A stretch of DNA of 59,290 nucleotides, filler included, from Sphacelaria rigidula (Eukaryota): assembly GCA_964200075.2 (NCBI GenBank). It is 5 parts of 5 records of this genome, joined end to end, with 100 filler letters (N's around TTAATTAATTAA, not from the genome) between each part and the next. Parts side by side here need not be neighbours in the genome. Positions count along the whole stretch, not along the records: positions 1 to 11,779 come from CAXNAA020004515.1; positions 11,880 to 23,657 come from CAXNAA020004516.1; positions 23,758 to 35,535 come from CAXNAA020004517.1; 2 more parts are not named here. One strand, written 5' to 3'. Numbering within the stretch: position 1 is the first letter of the stretch; every line of letters begins with the position of its first letter. The translations under genes and the position numbers were made by a program. Of this stretch, positions 11,181 to 23,879 are shown piece after piece. The notes beneath the pieces are model-generated. The model did not search any database. It was not told where the DNA came from and was given only the letters and a program-made list of their open reading frames with translations.

Positions 11181-11879
11181 TGCAGTGCCTACGAACCTCA
11201 GTCTATCAGCGGGGGGCCGCTATCTGAGGGTCAAGAGCCCACCACCATTGTCTGTATACAGGTATCTCAAACTCGAGGTTCCCGGTATATTTAACTGCGG
11301 AGTATTGCTGTCAAACATAAGGTGATGTCAAATATACCGAGAACCTCGAGTTTAAGATATCAGTCACGACGGCGCTTTCGGCGAAAGTTTCGATTACTTT
11401 CGTCTCGTTCCGAAAAGTCTTCAAGCCTTCGACTGCGGTGCTGCTGTGTGCAGAACGCAAACACCTACGACATACACACAACAGCGTCATGCGAGCCAAA
11501 CACTTACAGTGTACGAGCAGTACAGTAGTGGGCGGTCTAATTATTGATTTTGTGGCATTTTGTGATTTTTTCGTAATTGGCAAGTTTTGGGGGCTCGTTT
11601 CGCTCATCACCGCTTGTCACGTTGGGGATCTGAAGATATGTGTACCCGCTCCACATTCCAAGGAAAAAAAAACTTCCGTACTCAATATTGAGTGACTTAC
11701 GGTCTGAGGCTCCGCGCCCATAGGGTAACCTTTGCATTGAATTAAATAAAACGCACTGAATTAAATTACGTAAGTAGTCNNNNNNNNNNNNNNNNNNNNN
11801 NNNNNNNNNNNNNNNNNNNNNNNTTAATTAATTAANNNNNNNNNNNNNNNNNNNNNNNNNNNNNNNNNNNNNNNNNNNN

Positions 11880-12560
11880 CATAGTCATGAGACCATTAGC
11901 CTCGCATCCCTACAATGCCGGGACGGAGCACGCCGGGTTTTCGCCGGACCAGGGGGGGGGGGGAGGGGGGGGGTAGGGTTATGTTACTTGCCCTAGTCGT
12001 TCGACCATTTGTATTGCTTCCGAGACGGAGGACCGTTCCCGCTCCTATTGGAGGCACCTTCAACATTTGAGCACTCATAACGTTTCTTCCATACATCACA
12101 CAAAAATATTGTACATATCTTATCCCCTTTATCATTCGCCGTCGGTGGCCACCATGTATCTCCTTGTGTAGCGAAAGTTTTCTCGGTACTGTCTAATATA
12201 GCAAACGATTTCACGAGACCTCCGTTTACTTCCCACATTTCCCCCTCTGCTAACACTCCCCATTTCTCCTTGTATAGGCCACATTCTCCCCCTGAACGAT
12301 TTCTAGTCTCTACTGCTTTGCCAAAGGGGCAATTCTGTGCATCCACTCCCCCCTTCACTCAACCACTGGTACACCTCTTTCTTTTTTCTGGCAGGTCCAG
12401 GTCCCTCATCCGAATCGCGGTTTCAATTATTTCGTGGGGTCTATCGGGTCATTCAGATATTTCTTCATCACTATCCTCTCTAACACCCCCGTGTATCTTC
12501 AGGAGAGAAGGGGGAGTGGGGAGGGGCGGCACTCAATCAAACTGCTCCTCCGAACGTTAG
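11880..12560 (-). mobile_element. LINE-like 3' fragment joined through poly(C) to a SINE-like tail
   Basis: Minus-strand peptide NCPFGKAVETRNRSGGECGLYKEK matches ORF 335-745. On the minus strand it is followed by a poly(C) run and CTGGTCCGGCGAAAACCCGGCGTG. Confidence 0.65.
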
Positions 12561-13149
12561 ATGTAATTCGAGTTCATAACATCACCATTATCATCGACGT
12601 ATACTTCATTTCAGTGCAGATCCATCAGATCCAGATCTTTAGAGCGCTGGCAGTCCCGAGTGCTCCCATCGTGCGAAGCGCGTGCTTTTGCTGAAACCGG
12701 TGCCTGACAATGCACCCTTAGCGCAGAACACCGCATGCATATCCTCACCCGATGAGGGCTCTCGGCAGATCTTTGAGTTGAGGGTTAGATTAGGGCTGAA
12801 TCTAGAATGTGCCAGCCACTGTGATATGACGATAATATCGCGAAAACCCGTTTACCCGCCCCACCCCCACGAACATTTTGAGGCACGCCTCACCTGTTGG
12901 AACATCAGCCGACCGGAACACTAGGGATGTTACTTTGAGTGGACGGATCGTTGTTCGCACGAGGGTGATTACCGATGGCCAACCCGTCCCTGCTACTGCG
13001 CCATAAAGGGTTCGACAGGGTTTTCCTATCCCACTCAGTGGTGTTGACGTCGGGGGGGAGGGGTTCTTGATATGATTTACATGATTGCGTCAATGCAGAG
13101 ACCTAAAAGACCTAGCACATAATTTCAAGCAAACGTGTGTACTCGACTA

Positions 13150-13787
13150 CCGTAGGTTGCATAAGTTATCACAAACTTTCATAAGATACCACACCCCCTT
13201 CGAAAAATTACACAATAACACCACACCCGTGTGCTATATTTTTCAATCCCGAAGAAAGCGCCAATTTATCACACGATAACAGAAGATATCACAACCTCTG
13301 GGTCGAGTCGCGTATCATCCACGAAGCCCCGATTATCACACGGATATGATATAACGCGTGACAACGCACACAAGCGCACACAACCTGCGTGCCACACCTG
13401 TGGAGACCGACAAAATCGAGGAAAAGGATGCAGAACACAATACTGCCGAAAGCTCCGCGTCCCAGGCTGCAGTGCTTCAGACTCCAGCGGCGGCTCCACC
13501 GTCTGAAATATTTTTTTCAGCTCGTTGCGGGAGAAAGTCTGTCTATCACATCCCATTATCAATCATCACACCCCCTGGGGGATATCCTTGCAGCGCCCTC
13601 CATCACACGGGCGACATTATCACACTCCACAATTATCACACCCCTGCATGCGGGGTCCGGCGGGTGCGCACTTTCCCACGCAGGTGACAGAAGATTTCAT
13701 ACCCCATACACAATACCACACCAGCGTGGTAATTACTTTACGCTCGAAACATTGTCACACGGGTGTGATATCTTGTGCAACCTACGG
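13150..13787. mobile_element. MITE with TA TSD (Tc1/mariner-like)
   Basis: TA|CCGTAGGTTGCATAAGTTATCACA...TGTGATATCTTGTGCAACCTACGG|TA. The interior has many ATCACAC motifs. Confidence 0.8.
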
Positions 13788-14978
13788 TAGTTGCGATGTG
13801 AATCATATGCTCAAGAGGTCAACCGTTGCAGGAGTCGAGTTATGGGTGTTCTAGTGAACAGGCTAACCATCAGAATCTACCGTAGTACTGGACGGATGAC
13901 ACATTGGTGAGGCATTCGTTTTTCTATGTTTTGCCCGTTACATGCGGTGGGATTTGCTGTCATAGATGCTGTGCGAATCCAGAGGATGCAGCCTATATCC
14001 ATTGTGCTTGAATGAAGTCGCAGCAAAATGAGCTGTATAACTTTTGACGGATCAAGAAAATCTTGAAGCATGAAGCACGTCTATTTTTCACTGAGTACCT
14101 TTTCTCTGGTAATTTATAGTCCGAATGTCGAAGTGAAGTTTCAAATAGAACAGTGCTGGAATAAACGCGCTGCCATGATTCGTAGCAGAAAGATGAACTC
14201 TAGCAGAGTACCTACGAGTAGGGCACGCAAGCTGAAGTATATCTTGCGTGTGACATCACAGTTGATCTAAGCTAAAAGCTGGCAAGGCTACCGCGTTAGC
14301 AGCAGTGATTGAAGCGGACGGTACAGCATCGTGTGACGTACGTGTAAAGAATCGGTTTTTGTTCCAAGAAGTGATGAGCGCTGTGTGGCTCGATCTCGAT
14401 CGCCACCGCTCTCACTCTCCCAAGCTTACCCAGCTTTCCTCCAGCCCTCTGCGTGCAGAAGAGACTGCTTGATTTTATTGTGGCCGAAAAGCGCCACATA
14501 AAACCATCCAAATTATATTATTTTCGCTGCACGTCGCAAGTGAGCCCAACAACAGCTACTGTGCAACCTCTGCTATCATGTCCAATGAGACAGCGCCGCA
14601 CGAGCCTATACAGTTGATGTGTGTAGGACACACATATGTACTGTTCAGGTGATGGGCCTTGAGGTGTCATGGTGCTTGGGCCCATCTTCTCACTTTCTTC
14701 TCTCTGCTTCGTGGCTATGGCATACTACTCTTCTACGACAACCTGATCGGGCCAGCTGTGTCCTTTGATGGACTACACCACCAGTCGTGTCCATCGATCC
14801 CCGCGAACGGATCAAAAATCGTGAAACACTCTAGAGCCTCGTGGTTCACTAACCGGTTTGTGGCTCACTACTTGTAGCAAGGTGACTGAACGAAGCGACC
14901 CGGCCACACCCCCGGCTGTGGCTGGGGACGCGCCATCAGCAATCGAGTTTGAAGAATTGAGGGGAGAGCGTCGCGTCC

Positions 14979-16200
14979 ATGGAAGGGGTCATGGGAACAT
15001 TCGTTTGGCAGCTGGTGGAGCTTCGGACGACAATGTCCCACGTAGTGCACGGGGCACCGCCCACGGGAAAGGGGGAGGAGTCACCTGACGGATTGCATGC
15101 CGTCACGGATGCGGGGGCAGCAACGGTCCCTGCACCAATCGGTCGAGAGGTCAGATTTGGCCTGACAGGAGGAGCCAGGCCGGTCCAAAACGAAGCCGCG
15201 GCATCTGTGGGGGACATTTCGCGCGAAAGCATCATACCGGTGAGGCTCGGAGTAACTTGAGACATCTGAGTCTAGGGCTGAGCAACGCACCACGCTTGGA
15301 GAGACTGAGGTTTGATGATCTTGACGGAAATTGGCAGATGTTCCGTAACGATTTCGTCACACAAGTAAACGCGATGGACATGTTGGAAGTTTTGCTTGAC
15401 AGTAGATTGGCCAACGTACACCAGGTGAGTGAACACCAGATGGCTTCACAAGGACCGAACAGTACACATATAATTGTGTTCAAGACTGTTTGGGCGACTC
15501 TGGTCAACTCCATCAACAATAAGGTCACAATTCAACTCGTATGCTCATGTCAGGGACCAGCAAAGGGGTAGAAAGCGTTAGAGAACACCCATGCCCCAAC
15601 GACGGCTGGGGAGCATATGTCACTGATAGGACTGTTTTACTACATTAAACAGAAACCAAATCAGGATCCTCTGAATTTTAGCAAGGCTTCCTAGCTGTAA
15701 GGACCACTCTGGAGATTTGTTTTGCGCAGCGGATCCCTGAATTGCTCGTATTCCTACGTTTCCTGGACGAACTCACCCGAGAATGCGGTTCCCAAAAACA
15801 ACACCTCTTAACCGGAAGACCTTAAAGGTAGAGGAGACTTTGAGAGAGTTGAGGAAAAGGGCAAGAATTCTTGAGGTGGAAAAGCAGGGGCTGGCTAATC
15901 ATGCACTTGCATCAACACGGGGCGGCGGGCAAAAGGAGGTGATGGAGAGACGCACGGAATTCTGTCAAGGAGAACGAAGAGAAGAGCAGCAGAGATGGCG
16001 ATGAAACGAAAACACAAAAGTGTGGGGTATGTAAAAATATGAAATATCATTACGCCGTCGAACGCCCGGAGTGCTATTGCATAGTATGTGATAAGAAAGA
16101 ACATAGGATGCAGAACTGCCTAGAAAGAGTAGAAGACGAGGATGCAGTTATAATGGCTATACGGGATGCACGGAGGGGACAACTCTTCCCCTATTATTTC
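14979..16200 (+). pseudogene. copia-like gag fragment, interrupted by the gypsy element
   Basis: RFDDLDGNWQMFRNDF, KALENTHAPTT and degenerate Zn-knuckles (CGVCKNMKYH...; CDKKEHRMQNC), with stops and frameshifts. Confidence 0.6.
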
Positions 16201-16204
16201 TGAC

Positions 16205-16501
16205 TATAGACCCCTCCTGGACTCAGAACAAGGTCACAACACTGTTCCAAGAGCTTCCTCCCTCACTAGGACTTGGAGACTTCAAGACAGATGATGTTCA
16301 CAAAACACAGAGTCTTTGTTATCGGAAGTGATCTGTTGCACCTCCGTGGGCACATATAAAGTCGAGCAGTCATCCTGTAGCCATACTCCAGAGAATATCT
16401 CATGGCCTCATATCACGATGTAAATATCATATCCAACCCTCCTGTATGGACCTGCAGCTTATCATGCACGTGCACGTGTAGTAGAGGTGGACTACTCTAC
16501 A
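16205..16501 (-). repeat. gypsy 3' LTR
   Basis: TATAGACCCCTCCTGGACT...CTACTCTACA, homologous to 21338-21631. Confidence 0.92.
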
Positions 16502-17235
16502 GCACCCCCAAAACTGCGCACTACTCGAAGTAGAAAGCGAGTTTGACAAACAGGAGACACCGACAATCACGTTCATGCTACCTTTGTCCGCTTGTTAGTA
16601 ATACACGACCATGCAATTTCATGTTCCACAAAGCAAATGATAACTTGCAAAACGCTGAACATCGACACTCAAAGACAACGTCTCAATCGAAGTCAGTGAA
16701 GTCAATAATTGAGTCAACGGCATTTCTCAGTCGTGGCATACTCACACAAAGCAAATGCGCCAAGGATAATACCATTCCAAATCGTAGCATTCGGTCATAT
16801 CATGCTCTCAAAGCTTGATACCATACTCTGCCGGTAAACGTGCCCGCACCTTTTGACTCAGTCCCAACTGACGCAGCTCAGAACAAATTACGTTGCTCCT
16901 TCCAGACAAATGGGCACACCATCCATGTGCTCGTCTAAACACATAGCAAGTCATGGAAATACGTGCCACAGTCAAATATCACTGTATTCGAGAATGATTT
17001 CTTCATCTTCAACCCCTGGAGAAACTCGCGCTATACCCGTTCACACAAAAGCCTACGCATCTCGTAGTTTCCGCTCCTCTTCACGCCAACAGCCGCATTC
17101 ACCATATTCTACAGTCAATATTTGTCAACAGCAAAAAAATGCTTTCACTTTTCTGCGCGAAGAAGAAAATACGAACTTCATTTCATTCAGCACACAGCAG
17201 AATATCGAAAACTGTCCCACTCTGACTCTTCACCA

Positions 17236-17491
17236 GAGTGATGCTACGGTAGGGGTGCACAAATACTTTCTGAGGCTAGAACTTTTACGAGCCCTTCATC
17301 TCATCCAAAATACGACGTATGGAAGATGTGAGAGCACAGCGGGATTACTCTTCCAATTCACAAATGATATCCCGAATGAATTTGCAAACGGGGATGCCCT
17401 GATCCATATTCTTGTGCATCTAGAATCGTTAAGAGCCCCTGAACCGAACATTATTTTGCGCAAAAAGTGCACCCCTACCTTAGCATTGCTC
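17236..17491. mobile_element. Sola2-like MITE, copy nested in the gypsy element
   Basis: ACCA|GAGTGATGCTACGGTAGGGGTGCAC...GCATTGCTC|ACCA. Homologous to 9547-9803. Confidence 0.85.
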
Positions 17492-20435
17492 ACCAGACAC
17501 CATGCACATCAGCATTTTCGAGCGAAACAATCACATATGCATGCTAAAATTTCACTCAGCAGCTTCTTTGCAGAACCACTATGTATCATGCGTGCCAACC
17601 AGAGCAGCACAGCACACAGATACCAAACATCCGCGTGTACGCCGGCACTTCCCCAGCAAACGCAAGACGATCATACTCGATTAACCGTATCTTCCCGCGC
17701 AAGCAGCAGCACACACATGACCAGTCACCACACCACAACCACCTACAATCGTCCATAAAACGATTCAGGTATACGAGTCATAATGTGCTTCCTCATTCTC
17801 AACAAGCAATTTCACTAGTACTTGCTCTTCAACGTCACCCAACCCAGCGCTCACCACAACATCAAGCACCTCAGGTATTACCTTCCTTGTAGTTCTCTTG
17901 CGCTTCTCCTGAGAAGCATCAGCACTCCGGCTACAATCTCGTTCACGCCGTGGAGCAGAATTTCCACTCGAACAATCGCTCCTCGCATCATAGATACAGC
18001 TAAAGCTCTCATAGCTCTCTCGAAAATCGGTGTTCGATGCCCACTGCACGGCAGGTACCGAACCTACCCAGGCATTGACATCGCGCCTTTCGTCCTGCAA
18101 CATGACCTTCAAGGTAACATGTCACGCACCATTCGCTCACATTCACGATGTGACAACGGCGAATTGGCCACCGCAAATCTGCGATCCATCAGCGCCTCCT
18201 CGAGCACTCTCACCACACAATTCATGAATTGCGATGCCGTATCGCTGACCCATACATCCGGCGGCCCCAGCGCTTTGCATCATGTCAACAGGTGCTTCGT
18301 CGTCATCGCCGACGTACAAGACTCCGCGCGCTCTAACCGCACGAAGTCGCTCAGGTCATCCATCCTTACCAATATCTACTCGAACCGATCTCCTTCGTCT
18401 CATCCACTATCTCCCAGCGGAGCACCCTCGCCAACACTGAGAAAGTTCAAATAAATCACCTCACCTGGGCGAGTACCATACATCACCTCCTTGCGGGGAC
18501 GAGGAACTTGCTCCCCCACCCTGTAATCACTCATCCATCGGAGGCATAACTTTTCGGGGGTTGCATTCGCCGTTCTCGCTCACACTGCGTGCAAACTGCC
18601 TGCCGTACACAAGCCCGAGCGCCACCAATGTTGCGATGCAGCGTGCCAACCACGCCATCCTGACCGGAAAAATATGCCCTCGGCTGAGCCTTTGCCTCCA
18701 CAGCAACAGGTTTGAATATCACCTTCAGGGGCTCGACGCGAGCAGGCGGATAACCATGTAGCACTCGCCGAAAAACGTTCGCTCTGTTCCGTACAAGCTC
18801 ACGAATCTGGCTCACGCCGCTCTCATATATACCGTTATCCGCGGCGGCTTGTACCGCCTCCTCCGACGCAACATCAAGCTCAGCAAGCTCTTATTCCGGG
18901 GATATGCTCATCGCCAGACTTCTCGGCAAAAGCCGCTCGACTGAGGAATTAACGGGCTCCGCCCGACCTTCTGGTTGCTGTAGAGCGTCAACCGCGATAC
19001 TGACACGCCGACAGTCCGTAAAACCAGGTGTGTTTACATCTGGCCCCGAAATGTTTCTTGCACGCACACAGGCACCTAAACTACTGTACACATCAATGCC
19101 CAGCGCCTCCAGCAGAGGGCTTCCCATGATTGTCACATCATCTGTACCCGGCATGACCGCATATGGACATGGGTGCAGCACTACCGGTCCTCAGCTGGTG
19201 TGTAAAGCAATTCGGACAAGTGCAAGTTTTCTGTTTCACGCGTTCAACATTGCCGTCAGCCAGTTTCATCACCTGTTCATTGACCATCGGTGTGACCACT
19301 CGAATATCTGGAAACATAGCTTTCAACTTCGTCGCTACACCCACTGACTGGTCGTGATCTCAGATCCCGAGTCTAAAATAGCCTTGACCGGACAAACACC
19401 CTATGCCCTTGCACTCTGTATCGACCGTCGGCGAGACACGACATTTCCTCCTTTTCCACGTGTATACCCTCAGATTCAAAATCTGATACCTCCCTCGGTT
19501 TAAGCGATCGCCACGGCGACACCGCCTAAGATGTCCAGCCCGGGACTGTTCCCCCCGACACGGTCTGCTGTACGCCGCCAGTAGAAACGATCGGTTCTGG
19601 CGGTAGCATTGCTCCACTGCTGGGAGCACGTCCTCCATCGGTTGAAAATACAGCCCTTGTAGGGGCAGGACTCTTGCCTCCTCCTCGAGGCACCTGTCCA
19701 GGGCCCTGCGACAGCTGCTGCTGTTGTTGCTGTGTGTCGCCGGCCTTCGACTGCCCACCTGCAGTACGTTATGGATCAGCAGCTTGGCTTTGCTGCTTGC
19801 AATCCTTCAGGAAGTGGCCCTTGTCTCCGCATGAGGAACAACCTGCATAGCTTGGGCCCGGTTTCCGAGATTTCCCGGAACTGGCAGTCTCACTGCCAGT
19901 GGTCTCCGTTTTTTCACCATTCGGTTGGCGCTTAGACCTGCAGGTCCCGCTGCCGCTCTTCTGTTTCAGGTGAGGCTGGTGACGGCGCTGTATATCAGCC
20001 GCTTCCACCCTCTTCCATGCCTCTGCTGCTTCCCGAGCTGTATCATATACGAGCCCAGGGTCCTCTTTCCACGCCCCCTTCATGTGTAACATGTTGAGCA
20101 CTTTGTCTTGAATTCAGGGGGGTCATGCCGGCGAGAAGTTCCCGTGCAATTGTTTGAGTGGGTCCTGCTTTGAAAGTCTTGTCCTCGCGGAATGCGCGCT
20201 CGACGCTCGCATTTTCGGCGAACAACTCCTCGAGGGCACCCCATTGCCCCTCGATTCTACCCATGGCAATCGGCTCGTTACGGGCGGCCAACGACTTCCG
20301 GACACCAGCTTCAGCAACTGAAGGATCGATATCTGAACATATCCAACATTTTTCATGTCGGCCTAGTGCCTCCTTCAGATGATCATCATCGAGTACCGAT
20401 CCGTCAAATATTGCATGTGGCAGACACGCGCGAAT

Positions 20436-20914
20436 AACACTATATTCGTGAGATTCAGAGTGTACTTTCAGATTCAGAGTCAGGATTTCAAACGGATCAA
20501 CTGTTGTTTTCTTTGTGGTCGATTCTTATGCGAAACAGTTCGCGTCACTAGTCAACCAACATTGGAGGCTGTGAAAACACGCACGTTCATTACTCGGATT
20601 GGTGGATCAGTGACGCAAACTGTTTCGCATAAGAATCGACCACAAAGAAAACAGTTCTTCCGTTTGGAACGCCAAACAGATTTCAAACGGAAGAACTGTT
20701 TTCTTCGTGGTCGATTCTCATGCAAAACAGTTTGCGTCACTAATCCACCAATCCGAGTAATGAATGTGCGTGTTTTCACAGCCTCCAATGTTGGTTGATT
20801 AGTGACGCGAACTGTTTCGCATAAGAATCAACCACAAAGAAAACAACAGTTGATCCGTTTGAAATCCTGACTCTGAATCTGAAAGTACACTCTGAATCTC
20901 ACGAATATAGTGTG
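20436..20914. mobile_element. 479-bp near-perfect foldback element inserted in gypsy gag (Chapaev/CMC-like ends)
   Basis: GAAT|AACACTATATTCGTGAG...CTCACGAATATAGTGTG|GAAT. Arms are about 230 bp. Excision restores gag LVPKHIRAC. Confidence 0.85.
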
Positions 20915-21337
20915 GAATGTGCTTAGGCACGAGTTCTGTCACGGTCAATAAAGCGGCCTGTACTGTACGCCCCTTATTTCTCAATTGTACATTTTCCTCG
21001 TAATCCTTGTATTTCTGGAAAAAACGTCTCGAGGCATCTTTGATGAAATGGCGTCCGTACTTCGGTGCTTTTAGCGATCCACCTGGCATAAGCTCAGTAA
21101 ATTTACACGTCACCTCATCGCCTGCATCGCTCCCATCACCTTCCCTGCGCGCTGCCATTCTTCCTTAGCTACACGCAATGCTTCCAGCCAACGTAGCCAT
21201 CCCTCTGTAGTCAACGAGCTGCCTCGCGTTGCAGACTGCACATCTCTCTGTGTGCAGTACAATAATATTTTGCAGAGACTCTCCGCAGCTGAAAACACTT
21301 TCCCAGAAACCAGAGGGTTTCCTGAATGAACGTTTAT

Positions 21338-21631
21338 TATAGACCCCTCCTGGACTTAGGCCAATGCCACAATACTGCTCCAAGGGCTTCCTCCCTCACT
21401 AGGCTTGAAGACCTCAAGACAGATGATGTTCACAAAACACAGTCTTCATTATCGGAAGTGATCTGTTGCACCTCCGTGGGCACATATAAAGTCAAGCAGT
21501 CATACTGTAGTCATACTCCAGAGAATATCTCATGACCTCATATTACGATGTAAATCTCATATCCAAACCTCCTGTATGGACCTGCAGCTTATCATGCACG
21601 TGCACGTGTAGTGGAGGTGGGTTACTCTACA
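21338..21631 (-). repeat. gypsy 5' LTR
   Basis: Begins TGTAGAG on the minus strand. Homologous to 16205-16501. Confidence 0.92.
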
Positions 21632-21809
21632 TGACGCAGAGGCAGATGCTTGTTGGAAAAGACAGTAAGGGTATTATAGGAATAGAGACTGTTGCATCCC
21701 CTGTTCTATCTCCCCCTGTTCGTAATCCAGCTTGTTTACCCGAGATAAATGATGCTTATGGAAAAATGTTACGTTGCAGTTTGTGGACAAAATCTGATCC
21801 TGGCCGTCG

Positions 21810-22345
21810 TCGAGACCATATTCAATGGGTGTGCCGATCCCACCTCCAGTATATTGCAACTCTTATCCTCTCTGAAAGTATAGGTTACCGTTTCCTACCT
21901 TGGTAGGTTGACGATTGGGTGTGCTTGTTGTTCCATCGGATCGATGACTCGATTGCATGGTGATATCGGTATGTGGTCTGTGTTAAGACCATGCTCAGAT
22001 GATCATACCGTGTTCAACGCTAGTGTACTGCATTTCAATTCGTCCAAACAGTGTAGGTAGGTCGCAGAGCACTTTATCCTAGCTGGGTTGATTGATGAGT
22101 TGTGCTTATCATCACAATCAATTTGAGTTGTATGAATTGACTCGATCGCATGATGATGTCAGTATATGACTAACGTTGAGACCACATTCAATGAATGTAC
22201 CGATCCCAACCCCAGTATATTGCACCTGTCATCCTCCCTGAAAGCATAGGTTACCGTTTCCTAGCTTGGTAGCTTGACGATGGAGTGCACTTGTTGTCAC
22301 AATAAATTCGGATAAAGCAGCGACTTGATTGAGTGATGATTTCGG
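21810..22345. repeat. degenerate tandem repeat, ~175-195 bp period, ~3 units
   Basis: Units start AGACCA at about 21813, 21986 and 22180. Units 1 and 3 share CCAGTATATTGCA...CTGAAAG.ATAGGTTACCGTTTCCTA. Confidence 0.65.
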
Positions 22346-23821
22346 TACCTGAAGCTATCTCGGGATATATTTATAACTTTGGCGCTGGGGCGATATATAC
22401 ATGGTACGTCGACCAAGCTCAAGTGTGTTACAATTTTCGTCACCTGTTCGGTGTGGGCTGAGGGGTCACCGCCTTCCAATTGGAATGGCGCTGATGCATT
22501 AAGTTATTCGTCTCGATAGGTGTAGTGTGGGTAGGACGTTACACCCCTGGCTTGATTGCTAATATCATACCGTTATTTAGTTGTCTCAGTAGAGTGCGGA
22601 GATACAGACTGGGATGCGCATCACACATCACTAGTTGCTCGTCGAGTTGAACTGTGCGTGGTGCGCATACAAAGCATGTTACCGCATGGCGTGTAAAACA
22701 AGAAATGCTTCGTTTCACCCGCTGTGATTGTTGGTCAAGCTGTGAGTTGACCGAGCTGAAATCGTATGTGGTGTACAGACAGACATGCTAGCACTGCATG
22801 CTGAAATAAAAGTGTTGAACGTCACGAGTTTCTGGTTGTTGGTCGAGGTGCAAACTGGTACACTGAATCCACCACAATTTACGCAAGCATGTTCATGCAA
22901 CATGCCTAAACAAGAGTGTAGCTGGTATCGCCTATCTTTGAATATTGTTCGCGTTATTACAGACGAATTCAGATATAAATGCCTGGAAAAGTGTCGTGCA
23001 GTACGCTATGAATTAGCAGTACGTTGAGATGCAACGCTCCGCGGGATAGCATATTAGACTATTGAGTACAACGGTTGGAGTAACACACTGTATTACTATT
23101 GATGAGACCTGTAGGCTGATATGCTTCTGAATATTTCCACGCCCCATGTTCCTTGTCGAGCCTTACTTACCGGCGAGGCTCGATACCGAAAATTGTTTCC
23201 CCGGTGATAGGTGTCAGCCTGACTGTTGGGTGGATTGCGACCGGCAAACAAGCACATCCCCCGCTGCAAGGATCTCTTGATGGACATTGGTGGAGAGGGA
23301 GAAAAAACGATGCTCCGCGATGCACCAGCTCCCTTATTTCCGCACGCGTAGCTCGAGACGGAGGGGGAGGGAGGAGGGCGTACTCATGTGTTGCTTGCCT
23401 TAGACCACTTTGTATAGCAACCGATCCGTATTTGTACAAATATGAGGATTTCAGTCCGTTTGAATCCGATTTTCTCCCGTGGGTTGATTTTTCGGACCCC
23501 AGTCCGTTGGGCAACGTTTTTCGCCTAGCTCTGAGGAAACCAGATCAATTCTCCGATTCTCAGGGCGCTGGCTTTTGGTTCATTACCTTTCTGCTCAGAT
23601 CGGGGAACTCTCACATCTCCCCCGAATCTGGGCCCCCAGATTCGGGGGAGATGTGAGNNNNNNNNNNNNNNNNNNNNNNNNNNNNNNNNNNNNNNNNNNN
23701 NTTAATTAATTAANNNNNNNNNNNNNNNNNNNNNNNNNNNNNNNNNNNNNNNNNNNNGTGAGCGGCGCAGGAAGACGCCCACCGGCACGCGGACGCCCCA
23801 ACCGGACGCCCCCCCCCGCGG

Positions 23822-23879
<58 letters not shown>

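Larger units (their letters stand above)
16205..21631 (-). mobile_element. Ty3/gypsy LTR retrotransposon, internally deleted
   Basis: LTRs at 16205-16501 and 21338-21631 with a 4-bp TSD TGAC on both sides. Minus strand carries gag with CSSCGDKGHFLKDC, protease ILDSGSEIT, an RT N-terminus (PPARVEPLKV) and integrase remnants (WVSDTASQFMN, ERMV, VQWASNT). Confidence 0.9.

Noticed and set aside
11780..11879. TTAATTAATTAA motif inside N-runs (also 23658-23757, 35536-35635, 47414-47513)
   Set aside because: Identical artificial scaffolding linker with stops in all frames. It is not biological, and adjacency across gaps is uncertain.
16853..18454. Plus-strand ORFs of 301 and 210 aa
   Set aside because: They are antisense to gypsy sequence, and the first reads through a MITE insertion. 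No recognisable domain.
23610..23657. Strong hairpin resembling a terminator
   Set aside because: Eukaryotic context and abuts a gap. It is more likely the centre of a truncated palindromic repeat.
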